From NCBI GenBank assembly GCA_964035545.1, contig OZ037766.1, positions 29,142,640-29,206,639 of the forward strand: a stretch of DNA of 64,000 nucleotides. Direction: 5' to 3'. Source of the stretch: Bugula neritina (lineage: Eukaryota; Animalia; Bryozoa). Each line of letters begins with the position of its first letter. The first letter of the stretch is position 1. Under the pieces are notes generated by a model, which saw nothing but the letters and a program-made list of their open reading frames with translations, was not told the DNA's origin and did not search any database. The position numbers and the translations under genes are program-made. Below are positions 44,901-64,000 of the stretch, in pieces.

Positions 44901-47900
44901 AGCATCCAATGCCATTACAAGTGGGGTATTTCCAAGGGCCCATGTTTACAGGTCGAGGGATGATGTCATCCCCAATGTCACAGAACAAAGGGCGGTCTCC
45001 AGGGGTAGTAGCCTCGCCTGTCTTGCATAGCAAAGACCCTTCTCTTAATGCTGTTCTCTCACCAATATCTCAGAAAATGGTGCTCTCTCCAGTGCTGAGG
45101 CCACCTCAGGGAGCTTCTGTCTCGCCACAGAGTCAGGGACTACAGACAGCCGTTCTCTCACCAATATCTGAGAATCAAATCATTGCAACAGGTAAGATGA
45201 TATACCAGTTTTGTCCTTTACTACGGCTATAGCTACTTCACTAACTTTACGCTCAGCTAAATCTCACTAAAATCAATTTTTACTTTGAAATATATGCCAA
45301 GTAATATACTGGCAGATAATGCTAAATATTGATATCATATTTTCCATGAAAGAATTTGCTGAACAAATTATTCAGCCGGTTGCTAAAGTATTGGTTGTCA
45401 TAAGACTGCATTGTCTTCAAATGGAACAGTTAGCTTCAGTTTCTAAATATTTAATTACCTCAGAGAATTTGTATGGTCCTCACACAACATTTCAATCAAA
45501 TTTAATTGGTTGAAAGGTTCAATGACGCTCAATCCTAACATTGAAAGACAATGGACCTGTGCATTATATAGGCTATAAAACACTTCAATATATTATATGC
45601 TCCGTAATGGCAGGCGTGCCATTCACATTGTGAACGACTGCACTTGCTACATCAAACGGAATGTGCAGACAGTGAGTGTACCAGTTGGCATTTTTTACAT
45701 TTATTTTTTCTTTTTAAAACTGTTTCTGTTAAGTTTAATGTTGTGCTAATGCTTTGCTTGTGCATGTTGAATATTGAAATAGACTGGTAAATATGCACCT
45801 TTCTAGACTTTGCTGTGTTGAATCAGACTTACCTTTTATAACTGCATATATCAATGTTTTATTAATTTTATTTAAAAAAATCTTTTCTTTTTAAAGTTAA
45901 GTTTATTCAATTAAGTAATACTCTGAAGCTGATAGTTTTAAAACTTTTAGAAATAAGAGTAATATTCAATTGAAATTCCATCACGTGCTTCTAGGGTAGC
46001 CTAAGTTCTATTATTGTAATGCAGCAGCCACCATGTGCAGTCCTTGCCACTCCTCCTCCAGTAGCAGACAGAGCAAAGACTCCACAGGCAATGGTTTACA
46101 ACCTTTGACCTCTGAAAGACTTCGACCAATTCGGCAGAAGACTAGGAATGCCATAGTAAGTCTGTCTCATCTATTCTGTATCATGTTATGGGACAACCTG
46201 TTATAGGAAGCCCTATCCAGTATCAGTGTTAGTCTGCTTGTAACAGGACATATCTAGCCTATAATTACCATAGTATTTTAGTTGGAAAAACTATTCCTTT
46301 GTCCAATTTTTAATACATGCAAAATTAATACTTTGAAGCTCCATCCTATCTGTTATTTATTTTGCAAAAACTTCAAATGTAAAGTTCTTTTTTAATCAGC
46401 ATATGTGACTCAATAAATAGTTCTTTGGTCCGAAGTATTTTCTTGGTGCTATTTCAAATGAAATAACACATTGAATAAATTTAAAATTATGCTGTTAGTT
46501 TACTATGGGCCTATACAAATATTTTGATATAATTATGTTTTAAAACAATCACTCTTTTACTTAAAGGAGTTTTCAAATTTAGTTTCAAATAAAGTTCCTA
46601 AACCATTGTGTTATATAGGCTTTCAGGCTATATATTAAATTTTTACCATCTTAATAAAAACATTGGCTTTTGCACCACAAAACTATGTAAATTCCACAAT
46701 AACATTCTATCGATTGCACTAAAATAGAAACGATATATCCTGCTGGTTTATGTCATTAAAGATAGAATGCATGTTACTTTAGACATCTGCTATGCAAAAA
46801 ATTGACAAGGCTAAATTTCAAATTATGGGGGTGCACTAGCCCACGCCCCGCACTGCTGAGAAATATTATAACTGCATGCGCATTGTTTACCATAAATACC
46901 TTTTTTAACTCTCGGGTGCCATTTCAAACTCACTGCCATTACAGTTCAGGACAGCTCTTATCAACACTATTAAATTAATTGCCACTAATAATCAGTTTGT
47001 ATTTCATTCAGAGATTAGCTTGTTTGTGTGTTTTGTATGATTTGAACACATCTATAAGTTGGTGGGAAAGTCCATTCATTAACAGCTGACAATAGAAACC
47101 ATTGCTGCCTACTTAGCTTGTGGAATGTTCTGGTACTGACTGCTGCCTACGTATTATTGTGTGTTGTTGGGCATTACGTTTGCTAGGAATGTCAGTTGAA
47201 GCTCCGCTTTCTAAATTAAAAAAATAGTTTTAGACTAGCCTATCACGTGAGCTCACTAAGTTTTAAGTAAACATTAAACAGTTGACATATTGGAAGTTAA
47301 TTTAATGATAACGCTTTTATATAAACAATGACTGCGTTTGATACTCAAACTGGCTTCAAATGATCCCATTGTGCAACTTGAATATAACTGATTGTCCCGT
47401 TTGAATTTCTAGACCCTCTCTGAGAGATTGTTTACAAGCCATGCACTTGGCAGTTTGAATTCTAAAATCACTGGCGTGTTTTTCAAGTGCCATTGAATAC
47501 AAATATTGGGATGGGCTATTGGGTGTTGTATGGATTCCTTAATGGGACTTAGAGTGGTTGTTTCACACAAGTGCGAATTACTTGTTTAATTGGTATGCCA
47601 ATGTTGACATTAACTTGGACCAGATGGATGATTCAACAGTCTCTATTTCTCATCATTTTAATGAACCTCTGTATAACTAGCTTAGCTAAAGCTTTTAATC
47701 TCCCTCTTTAGTAAGTCTATCACTGTCTTGTTTACAGGTAAATATTCTGGAAAATGGTGAAGTGCATCTAGAGTTCCTCAAATCTCGATCACCCACGTCC
47801 AGTGTAATGGAGGTACTGAATATCTCCCCTGATGGAACTCAAGTAAGCTCAGACTTTTTTGTAAACTTTAGAAGAAAAATACAAAAGAAGCTACTTGCAT

Positions 47901-50900
47901 TTTGGTGTTTTTTCTCAAAATTTCCCTAATTAAAAGTTTATGATATTTTAGTGTAGTTTTAAGGAATGTATTAGTTAAGCAGCTCTCTAAAGATTTCAGC
48001 TATTTAGGTGACGGTGTTTAGACCACCTAAAGATTCAGGAGTGACCGGAGATTTGCTAGAGACCCCCACCTCTATCCCCCCTACTGCCAATACGTACACA
48101 AACCATACATTACCCAAGAAGTATTGGAAGAAATACTTGTATGCATCTCGGTAAGTCTTCAGTGGACAATTTACCCAGCAGTATTATCAATTATCTTGTG
48201 AACTACCATTCTATATCTCTTTAATATTGTTATGAGTTTTATAAATCTGCTAGTTTTTACTAACACTTTCTGCTCTGCTAAATCTATTGCCTGTTATACA
48301 GTTTCATAAGAATGGTAAAGTCTAAGACACCCAAAGTCACTTACTTCTCCGACCAGGCAAAGTGTATGTTAATGGAGTCTGCCGAAGACTTTGAAGCCAT
48401 CTTCTACTCTGGTAAGTTGTGAATAAATCTCTGTAGCTGCATAATGTGTGCAAGTGCAATCTATTGGCTATGTGTATTCACTTGAATTATGAACATTTTG
48501 GTACCTAAAGAGGCAAGTAAAGTTGTCTGCTCTCTTTCACAATTGACTACAATAGTAAATGTTGAGCTGTGGAAGATGGTGACCACTGCATACAGTCTCT
48601 CCTCATTTACTAACCTCTCTATTTTGATGAGTTAGCTGGAGATTCAGCACCTCATGTTAGTAGCCTCTTTTCTCTGTAACAGGGCCGAAGTTCTCCATCT
48701 CCTCCCATCATGTCAAGGTCATTGACCCCACAGGTATGAACATCAGCTTTGAGATGCAGTCCGAGTCCACCCTGCTGTCAGCAGAAGTTCAAACCATGTG
48801 GCAGCACGTGCAGATGGTGAGTTCCTTCTGTAGCTTGCAGTTTATTCTTTAAACCTTTAGGTAGGGTTACGTGATCTTATAATCACTCTGTTAGTTTTTC
48901 ATAACTTGAGATCTTACCATTTAGGAATCTTTACAATTGACAGTTGTTCACAGTGTAAATGAGAGTTGCTCTTACTCTCATATGCTATGCTTAGGTCACT
49001 TGAGTTGTTTTCGTTTTTTAAATGTTGGTTCATAGAGGTTTTGGCAGCAATATATATGATTATTTGAAGTAATTTCTAAACACAGGCTGCTTGTATTTTT
49101 GCAAAATTTTTACTACCATTCATGTGTAAGTATTGTTATTTTATTCAACAACTTAGTTATAGTATATTGAATATGTCTAGCAAACTATTATAAGCATTTA
49201 TTATATCATTATAACTGCTGTAACTAAGCAACACAATAATACATGTCCTACAGTGTAGAGATCACTGTCAGAGTTTGGAGAAGCTGCTGTCGTCCGCCGA
49301 GATGTCAATATCTGACTCCTCCCACTTTCCTGTCATCATAGGCAGCAGGTGGTCAGCAGGTGTCACTCAGTCAACTAATGACTCTTTTGCTGCCACTCCG
49401 CCGAGAATGCTGACTTGTGATATACAACCTCCCACGGTATGTTCTGTAAACTACATCACTACATCTCCTGTGTTTTCTGTTGTCTGTAAACATACAGTTC
49501 TGAAGAACTAGACATCAACTTCGTAATTATATTCTGCTTATTTTGTTATAAATAAACGCTAACATTATAAAACCGGTTTGGAAACTTGTAAACTTTTATT
49601 TCTAATAAGTACATTAAGAATACGTTTTAAATCAGTCGATTGTAGCTTTTACTTTGTTGTAATATTGCTGTATAATTTTATAATAGTTTACTTTCTTCTA
49701 ATTTTTTATTCAAAAGCATATTGTTTTTCAGCAATTTCAGAGACTGTGGTGACTATCTTAAATCTTTGTCATCGCCTCAACTTTTGCCAATATACTAGCT
49801 GATTTCAAAATAATTTGATAAACATTTCTCTCTGAAATTGTCTTCTCTTGTCTCAGATGTGCTCCTTTGATGGTTCTCTGATAAGTAGCGCCACCACCAT
49901 GAACCATCCGACCAGCTTCTCTCCCGACAGGCGACCTATGATTCTACCTCCATACCAAAGAAGAGCCAGTATCACCACCTCGGATGAATCTTCACAAATT
50001 GTCATGAGGAAATATGTAAACGGTACGTCAAGGGCTAACAGACACTGTAACCACTATAAACTTGATTTGAGAAGTTAAAGACTTTTATTTGTAGTTGTAC
50101 AAAGGTCAAATAGCTATAGTGAAAAGTTGTTGTTGAATCGCCATATTTGTTCAACTGAATGTCTTACGTTTTGTGCAAACAAATTATAAAAATATGTTCA
50201 CGTTTAGTCATTGCCTAGTAATATTATACAGGCATGTAGGGCAATTGAAGCTTTTTCTGATCGTTGCATGTCTCTACAGGTGTGGGATGGGCTAGCCAGT
50301 TACGTAACGGCTCTGTCTGTGTGCAGTTTGATGATGGCAACCAGCTGACTGTCTATTCCCACAAGTCAGAAGTTACTTTTGTCTTCAGAAGTGGTCTTAT
50401 TTGCAAGTGAGTTGATATATTGTGCTAAAGGACTGATAGGTCAGTGGTTATGATAAGGCATAGTATGGGCGTGAATCTCAACTGAAAGCTACTAATTCTT
50501 GTGTTTTTTCAGAATCACAAATAGTTCTATCTTTTAAATAATTATTATTGGCATGTTTGAGTGAATGGATTATTATTTGTACTGCTAGGCAGCTGCATAA
50601 TCTGCACTCAACTGCATGCTTTCTGTTGAAACCTGATGTCTACGTAAGAATAACATTGTAGAATCAACATGATTTATGATTGTAGAACAGGCATTATTTC
50701 TATGTTTATTATGTCTATAAACTGAGCTGTCTGTCTTGTACTTTCACAGATTCTTATTGCATAATTGGAAAATGCACCTCGTTTTAATTTTTAAGCAATT
50801 AAGTTTCTGTTTCTACGTGTAGTTACAATGAGAATGACGTACTGCCAGAAGTGGTAAGAAGAAAGTTGGAGATTCTGGTGCACATCGTATCCATGCTGTC

Positions 50901-50907
50901 GTTGTGA
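35979..50907 (+). CDS. PLK4: Polo-like kinase 4 (~1104 aa), 21 exons: 35979-36005, 37088-37254, 37606-37745, 39832-40033, 40492-40681, 40942-41028, 41344-41754, 42038-42183, 42398-42509, 42665-42770, 44076-44217, 44791-45191, 46025-46155, 47738-47842, 48008-48150, 48302-48411, 48683-48816, 49254-49436, 49857-50022, 50280-50406, 50823-50907
   Basis: Kinase [54 protein letters not shown]. Cryptic polo box [62 protein letters not shown]3 [20 protein letters not shown]. Linker exons are inferred from phase only. Confidence 0.93.
42213..42376. repeat. 21-bp minisatellite (ACTGAGCTCTAATATATGACA / ACTGAGCTCTAGCATATCATAG), ~8 units
   Basis: Visible, in a PLK4 intron. Confidence 0.93.
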
Positions 50908-52736
50908 TCTCTGCTGTTACATTATTTTCATGCCTGCTGTTACACCATCTTCATGCCTGGGGTTACATTGAAATGCTCATTAGAGTGAAACTTCTTCACA
51001 ACCATGCTGGTTCCTAATTATTAATAAAGATGGCCGCTGAATAAAGTAGGTCAATAAGTTGATATTTCTGCTGTTTGTATTTTAATGAGATTTTACCAAT
51101 AGTGTGTATGTTAATTGGTCATTGTATAAATGTCTTCCAGCAGCTTTACCAGTTGCCATTACTCTTGGTCTTCCAGTAACTACTTGTTCCTTTTGATATT
51201 GAATATTATACAGCCTATATCTTATTATCTATACTCTTAATTTATTTATTCTCATTCTATACCTAGTATTTATGTTTAGTCATGCATGTGACATTTGTTG
51301 TGTTAAGTTTATTTATGTCATTAATTTATTTCAGTGAAATACTGCTTCAGTTTTATTTATTGCCCTTTTTACTTTTATTATTTATTACCACAGTGTTGTG
51401 TTATTTTATATTTATTGCATATTTATTACTGTGTGAAGCTGTGAAAGGAATCTTATCAAAGTGAAATGTGATAAAACATGTACAGTAATAGTAGTGACTA
51501 GTCTTCGGTTTTTATTTGGTTATTCTTTAGCTTAGAAATTTGCAATAGCTAGGTAACTTTTTACGATGATTTTGTACATTTTTATTGTTATTTTTATGAT
51601 CAACTTAATCACTTATCATATTCCGTCCAAGATAATGTGAAATACGTTGTGTTTTGCTTCTTTCTTTCTTTATGTTGTCCTAATTTATTCAATTTAACTT
51701 ATTGTTAACTAATTTATTTATCATTGTATTTTTGTGTGATGGGATAATTTCGTAGTTGTATCTAGTCTTTCAACATGCAATCATTATGAGGTTTCTTGGG
51801 GTAAATGTGTATCAGCTAACTTTTAGTAAAATATGTCTCATCACTGAGTTGTACAAGGCCAGTGAGCTGGTGCTAAGCGGCTAATTGTTTGCTTTAGAAA
51901 TTGTCTCATCACTCTTATAATTTGTACATGTATGCAATTTCAATTATTATTAGTTGTCTTTCTCTTGAGATGTTTTTACCGCTTCAGGTTTTGTAACTTA
52001 TATATTAAGCTGCTGTCATTTTGTGTGCTATGCAATATTTGTTCCATTAAACATTTTTTTCATGCCATTCATCAGTTGTCCGTCCTATGAAATTGTATAA
52101 AGACTTGTCTGTGTGTAAACCTCTACCTAGGTCAATTATTTAATTACGCCTTTGTTTGTCAATGTTAAGTTTTGCATCAATTTTGATGGAATGAAAAATA
52201 AAGATTATACAACACGTATTTGATTACTGACTGTATTTCTAATGGACATTTTATGCATCCTTCAATGATATACCAGAAGAAGCATTGTAGGTCTCAGAAA
52301 ATTCAGGAGGTTATGCTGAAGTAACAGGTAGCACATATACATGATAATCACCACTGTTTACTTCAACCAAGTTACAGAATGCTTACTACAGAATTGTGTA
52401 CTTTCAAAACCTTATTGTTATTTATTCCTAAATGATATAAAATATAAATGCAACTGTAATGCTGCAGAATAGGCAATTCTAAATCACATTTTAATAAAAA
52501 GAAAATATTTTCTAGTAACCTGCAGGTAATAAAGAATAAAAATCAAATACATAGAACTGTGAAAAGTTAGTTTAAATAATCAACATATAAACTATATTTT
52601 TCTAACAAGAGCAAAAATCAACAAAAATAGAAACTTTTCTAAATATCCTAATCAACGAGAGATAACATATCCAAGAATTGTTAGTGGTAGGTGTGTAGAA
52701 CAAATGGTGATGTTGTAGAGAGTTACTAACTAGCTC

Positions 52737-58119
<5,383 letters not shown>

Positions 58120-58704
58120 TAGTGATCACTGAATCAGCACTTTCATGAACACTCTTTCTAAAACTACGACTACTACTAGTATAATTGATAAATCATTGGA
58201 GGTTTGCACGAAACTATTATCCAATTGCAATAGCGTGCTGCAGCCTGATGACAGCGACTCCATTACTAACAATTTAAATTTTAAAGCTTTTGCTTTCCGC
58301 ATTTTTTTTTATTATTTTGTGGCAAAATCTATATAATAAATATCTTTACCGACTTGTCTTCAACACGTATTTATGAATGCTACTGGTTTTTAAGTGAGTA
58401 GTGTTACCGATAGGTGCTGAGATTTTAGAGTTTAGACTTTGATGAATTATTATTATAATTGCAAGACACGGATTCTAGTAATACTTCTACTTCTAGGTTC
58501 TAGTGTTTACTAGTACTGTAGTAGTAGTACTAGTAGTAGTACTAGTAGTTCTGCCTATGGCTATGCTCATCCTGATTCAGTGATTGAATTTGAGTTATTG
58601 TCTATTTGTAGAACTAAATACTGAGAGTGAAAGTGAATGAAATCACCAAAACTAAAAGTGAATGATAAATTAAATCAATTAGTAATTATACATTGTACTG
58701 GTTT

Positions 58705-61700
58705 ATGATGGTTTTTATTAATAACTGGCGTTTTTATATACTACCCTTTTTGTCATTTAGTGGGCCACTATTTGTTTTTGGCCGCAATTCTGTTATTTTT
58801 AAACAAACTGGCAGTACAGATATTTATGCAAGCTATAGAAATCAGTTTAAGTTTCAAGATGCAATATTAAAAACTAAAAGCAATGTGAACGAAGCTCAAG
58901 TAGAAAATAGCTTCCAGGAGTTGGTCATCAATACCTGGTCATTTTCTAATGCTACTAAGGCAGGTGAGCGAATTGCTTGTAGCTTTAGCACTAAACTTGT
59001 ACTAGTATTTTCTTGTTATACTAAATAAGGCGTCAGAATAATAGTAATAGACATAACTAATATTTTTCAGATACAATCAAAACTTTAGACCAAAAAAAGA
59101 AAATGGTTATTGGAACTACATGGCATTATATCTGTAATTCTGTTTATTATCAGCTCATTTCACCGAAGCTATTTATGATAGACATTTATCATTATAATAT
59201 ATACATTACGGTATATAAGTGATTTAACTTGATTGTTGCATTTTCGTTACATTTGCAACCGTTGCTATTTTTGTCAAGGGTGTGAACCTTTTTTTACCAA
59301 TAAGGCATAGATTGTATTTTTATGATTATTCCGTTCATGATTATATAGCAAATAATTATACCTTTATTATTTTTAATCATAGTTAGATTAGTATTAGGCC
59401 ATTATTAGATTATTTAAATAAGTCAAGTCAGATTTTACTCATGAATACAAAAAAGTGATGCCAACCCAAGATAATTAGAATTAACTTGTAAGTCTTTGAT
59501 CAGTTCAATGTATATGTATTGCTTGTTAAAACTTCCACTCTTTTTTATCAGAACTCTTTGACTTTCTCATTCACTTGGTAGACTGCTAGAACATAATGAA
59601 TTGGTAGCGTCTGTCATAGCGATTTTAAATTGGAATATATATTTGACATGTATTTTAGGCTGGAATGCATTACAAAAGACACACTCGGCGCTGGATGCTG
59701 TAGAAATGGGATGCATGCAGTGTGAGATTGAGCAGTGTGATGGTACTGTAGGATATGGAGGAAGTCCAGATGAGACTGGTGAAACCACCCTCGATGCAAT
59801 GATCATGGATGGGTACACATGTTACTATTTACTTTACTTGAAAGATGCATATTTGTAGACTGCATTTTCTATAAGGGTTCTTTTAGTTTCATATTTGCTG
59901 CTTCTACATGTTGTAGAATTTTTCATGTAAATGGCAAAAATGTTACATGCATAATGTAGTTGAAGTTTGATATAATTTAATCATTTAAAAAGCGTAATAA
60001 ACAGGGTTTTTGAAATCTGTAGAAAATGGGCGTCTGGACACCCGCTACTTCCGCATACTCTAATTGGTTAAGATATTGTATGTATACAAAGCCATGCGGT
60101 TTAGTTTTACTGCTGCAAGCAAACATTTTCCAAAGATTTGCAGATTACATCATAATCGGGATTCTACCAGATTTGCTATTTATAAACAGGTATTTTATGA
60201 TAATGGTTTTATTGACAGACCCACCCATGATGTTGGTGCAGTGGGTGGTCTGAGAAGAGTTAAGCAAGCTATATCAGTAGCTAGGGCTGTAATGACTCAT
60301 ACTACCCACACCATGCTGGTTGGAGACGCAGCTACTAGGTGAGTTTTTTTCTATGCACACCTCACAATAAATTTGTAAACAAGACTATTGGTAGTTAAAT
60401 TAACTTTGTACGTAACAGTAGCAACATTTTTATACAAAAAAATTTCTGTGCACATGGTTTTAGTTTCTAGCTGTTGATTGCCAATTATATTGCAGTTTAA
60501 TTAACTACATACATTCTAGTTAGATGCTTTCCTTCCTTCTCATCTCTTGATATGCAGCCATGTTAGAGTAGAACCCAAGCTATGCTCTGCATGACTGAAT
60601 TTGCCTGGTAGATAAGTTTTCTGTATATGTTGTAATAATGTGGCTTCTCTTGTCATTAAAATATGAAGCTTTCTGCCATCAAAGTACAAAGGTCAAAGTC
60701 TACACAATAATAAATTGGGTCATCACTGCTTATGGGAAAATAACAAGCCTGTAACATCCAACTTTTATGTAAGGATAATATTGTATCAGTGTATATCAAA
60801 GTCCTATTAGTTGAACCATATTTTCTAGTCTGTATTCTCTGTAGCTTTGCTCTGGAGATGGGGTTTCCAGAATCTAATCTAACTACAATGAGGTCCAGAC
60901 AAATATATGAGAAATGGCGTAGTGCCAACTGCCAGCCTAATTTCCATCAAGTAAGTGGTGCTACATGCAGGGGAAATTGTCTGCCCTATACTATTCAGTT
61001 GTCCCACATTTTCCTTCAGTGAACACAACAAATATAATGTTCAATGGGATTTGTCAACTCTTTACCATTTTCTTTTGACAAAATATAAATTATTAGGGCT
61101 TCTTTGAAAGTCAAACTAAGCTTAAGAAGTTGGTAATAATTTTATATGAGAGGGTAAAGTGATGAATATTGTAGAATGTGACTCCAGATCCTAAAAATTC
61201 TTGTGGCCCCTACAAACCGATTCCATCTAAGAAAACAGATAGAGTTGAGGCTACAGCGAATAAATACATTTCTAAAGACAATCACGACACAATTGGTATG
61301 ATAGCCATTGATTCTAAGGGGAGAATCGCTGGTGGGACATCAACTAACGGAGCCAATCACAAAGTACCAGGGTATGTATTACACTGTGTAGTGGGGACCA
61401 CTGGATAAACACATCACTACACACTGTGTTGATTGTGTTTTAAGAAGTTCAGTTGAATTACAAATGCAAGAAACCTGCAATAAAATAGCCTCCAAATACC
61501 AGTTGATTGGTTAGAAAAAATTCAGGTTTGAACTGCTGTGGATTCAACTTTGTAATAGCCTTAGTTTTTATATGGCCAGTACGGTTATTGCTGTATAAAA
61601 ATATACAACTTTCAATGAGTTATCTCCTCGCTACACCTGGCTAATAATATGTAGATGGTTTGTATTGTGTTACATAAACTTTCACACCTATAAGGTCATA

Positions 61701-63284
61701 GTCCTGTACGGTGACCGGTATTGTGTTACATGTTACATGTCTTATATAAATAAGTCAAACTAATTTAACTATTGGCTTTAATTAGTTATTTTCTGGCTAA
61801 AATTCTTGTACCAAAGAGACGTAGATGGTTGTCTCTATCCTTCGGGAAAAATAATTTTTGATAAAGTGCTGTGGAAGAGAGTTTAAAGGGATGCTGTATT
61901 TCAAGTGTAATATTTATCTGCAATACCTTCAGGAGAGTTGGGGATAGTCCAATCACAGGAGCCGGTGCATACGTCGAGCAGGGAGTGGGCGGGGCTGTGG
62001 CCACAGGTGATGGTGACGTCATGATGAGGTTTGTTCCCAGGTGAGTATTCTCCTATACTATCCATTAGTATCCTATCTACTGTATATTACTCTTGGACAT
62101 GTAAGAGACGATTAAACTATGTTGTTTCACAGTTTCCATGCTGTCATGTTGATGGCTTCTGGGATGAAGCCAGATGCTGCCGCTAAGACTGCTGTCGCTA
62201 AGATAACCAAGAAATACCCACAATTCTCAGGAGCTCTTGTTGCAGTGGATATGAATGGTAATATGGGTAAGTTAAACAGATGTTTATATCACCTCTTTGT
62301 TTACCTGCAGCATGATGCTTGCCCTAACTATTTACATTTCATAGAACTGCAATTGTTGAGTTACATCCACCTATGCAAGAAATAATATTTATTTATGGCA
62401 AGTTAAAATAGTTTTTATCTTGTGGTTTATATTTATTGTTTATACAAAACCAAGAACATGTGCATTTTAATGTTAATTTCTCATATCACAAATACTAAAA
62501 CGAATTGGTTAAATAAATGTAGTGTTGTATTGGAATATTTTATAATATAGCATCTTTGAGGTTTATTATTTTCATGCCGCACTACATATTTTCGAACAGA
62601 GTCTAGTAAAAATAGCTTTAGACTTTTAATATAAAAACCATAAAGTGTTTTCCTAGCAAATTTCCATTTCTCTTACAAATATTAACTTTCACTTCAAAAT
62701 TATGTCATGAACTATATTTTAATTTTGTAATAATCTTCACATACTGCTACTATTTGTTAAACGTTTATTATACACTTTTATTGGTTTGGTAACTACACGT
62801 GATGAACACCTGTCTCTGATACTTTCATTTCTTAAAAATTTTCCCAAATTCATGAATAATCGACTTTTTTTCTAAATAATTCAGACTTTAAAACTAACCA
62901 GTGAATAAACCCACTTGCTTCATTCTCTTTATTTGAATTTGCTCAATTTTATTGATCTGCTCAATTTGATTGCTGGGAAGGGGAGGGGGGAGATTTGCTG
63001 CTGCATATAAATATTAATAGAATCTGGTTTGCTTTGCTGAACAAATATTGTAAACTATTGCACTCACTTTTGCTGCTGTAGCATTGAATTGTTGATATTG
63101 CTCTAACACTATTTGTTTATATCTATATATGTTTGCTGTTTATATTTATATGTTTGCTGTTTATATTCATCTGTTTACAGGAGCTGCCTGTAACAATATA
63201 GATGGGTTTCCTTACACCTACAGAACTAGTAAAGATAGTGAAGTGAAAACAACCACTGTTAAATGCAGCCATTCTAATAGCTAA
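58705..63284 (+). CDS. AGA: Aspartylglucosaminidase (glycosylasparaginase), ~393 aa, start uncertain. Exons 58705-58963, 59659-59812, 60219-60338, 60845-60950, 61175-61371, 61933-62040, 62133-62266, 63181-63284
   Basis: [57 protein letters not shown], autocleavage motif HD|[41 protein letters not shown]. Confidence 0.95.
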
Positions 63285-64000
63285 AACTTATCTTATTTCT
63301 GTTTTTACTTTTATATTATAATTTTACAATATAATGCTATGTAGACTTATATATGAGAATATTTTCTTTGAATTTAGCCTTAAAATCTTGCAATATAAGC
63401 TTAGAACTTCTCTACGCAGCTTTTTAACTGTTAGCAAGGCATATAATATAACGTCCAGATATACTTAAAACATTCCTTTCATGCATTTAATGTGTATATG
63501 AGGCTTAATTCAGAGTTGTTAATGTGGGTGTTTACTAAGTCTTATGTGTGTAGAAGTCCTTGAATGGAATGTAGACATACAATGTCATTTGCTGAAACTT
63601 GGATGAAGGCAGCACTCAAACTTGCAAATCCTTCAACTGAACGAAAAGCGTGCTTATTAGTTTTACACAGACATGCTTTAAAGACTTTAGTGCCAAATGG
63701 TGCAGCAGCTTTTACTTTGAAATCTCAGGCTGATTCAGTTGCCTTTTATTTTGAGAAATTCTCCAAGCCTGGTGCATGCATGAAGACTTGGGGTTGATGT
63801 TCCCAGTAGTTCCTATAGTGTGCTGGTTAGCCTGCTAGATTGCAAATTGGAGGTGGAGGCAGGGGTATTTTTACAGAAGGCTTTGAAATTATGTATGTGT
63901 ACAATATGTAGGTAGTACTTAGCTAGTTTATGGTTCTGTGTGCTGAATGGTAGAAAGTTTACAGGCAAATTTGCACCATTAGATAATGGGTGCATATACA

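Noticed and set aside
63564-63995. Two short ORFs at the window end
   Set aside because: No recognisable motifs or splice chain; cannot be supported

Overview
AT-rich, intron-dense animal (invertebrate-like) genomic DNA, not prokaryotic; most of the short ORFs in the track are noise or exon fragments. Gene models were built by hand from splice signals and exon phase. In order: 3' end of a filamin (+); a full-length CR1/L2-group LINE (+, 4666-8669) inserted into exon 2 of a small secreted PAN/apple-like gene (-); a tandem paralog of that gene that also looks frameshifted (-); a candidate small spliced orphan gene with a GC-AG intron (-); Hsp110/HSPA4 (-, 15 exons, TATA and HSE promoter, several H/ACA-snoRNA-like intronic elements); a 3-exon orphan membrane-anchored gene (-); PLK4 (+, 21 exons); glutathione reductase (-, 10 exons, two in-frame starts) head-to-head with aspartylglucosaminidase (+). 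There are also three copies of a tRNA-derived SINE, a ~160-bp foldback hairpin and many micro/minisatellites. No CRISPR, rRNA or true tRNA genes were seen. All coordinates were counted by eye and no database searches were run.
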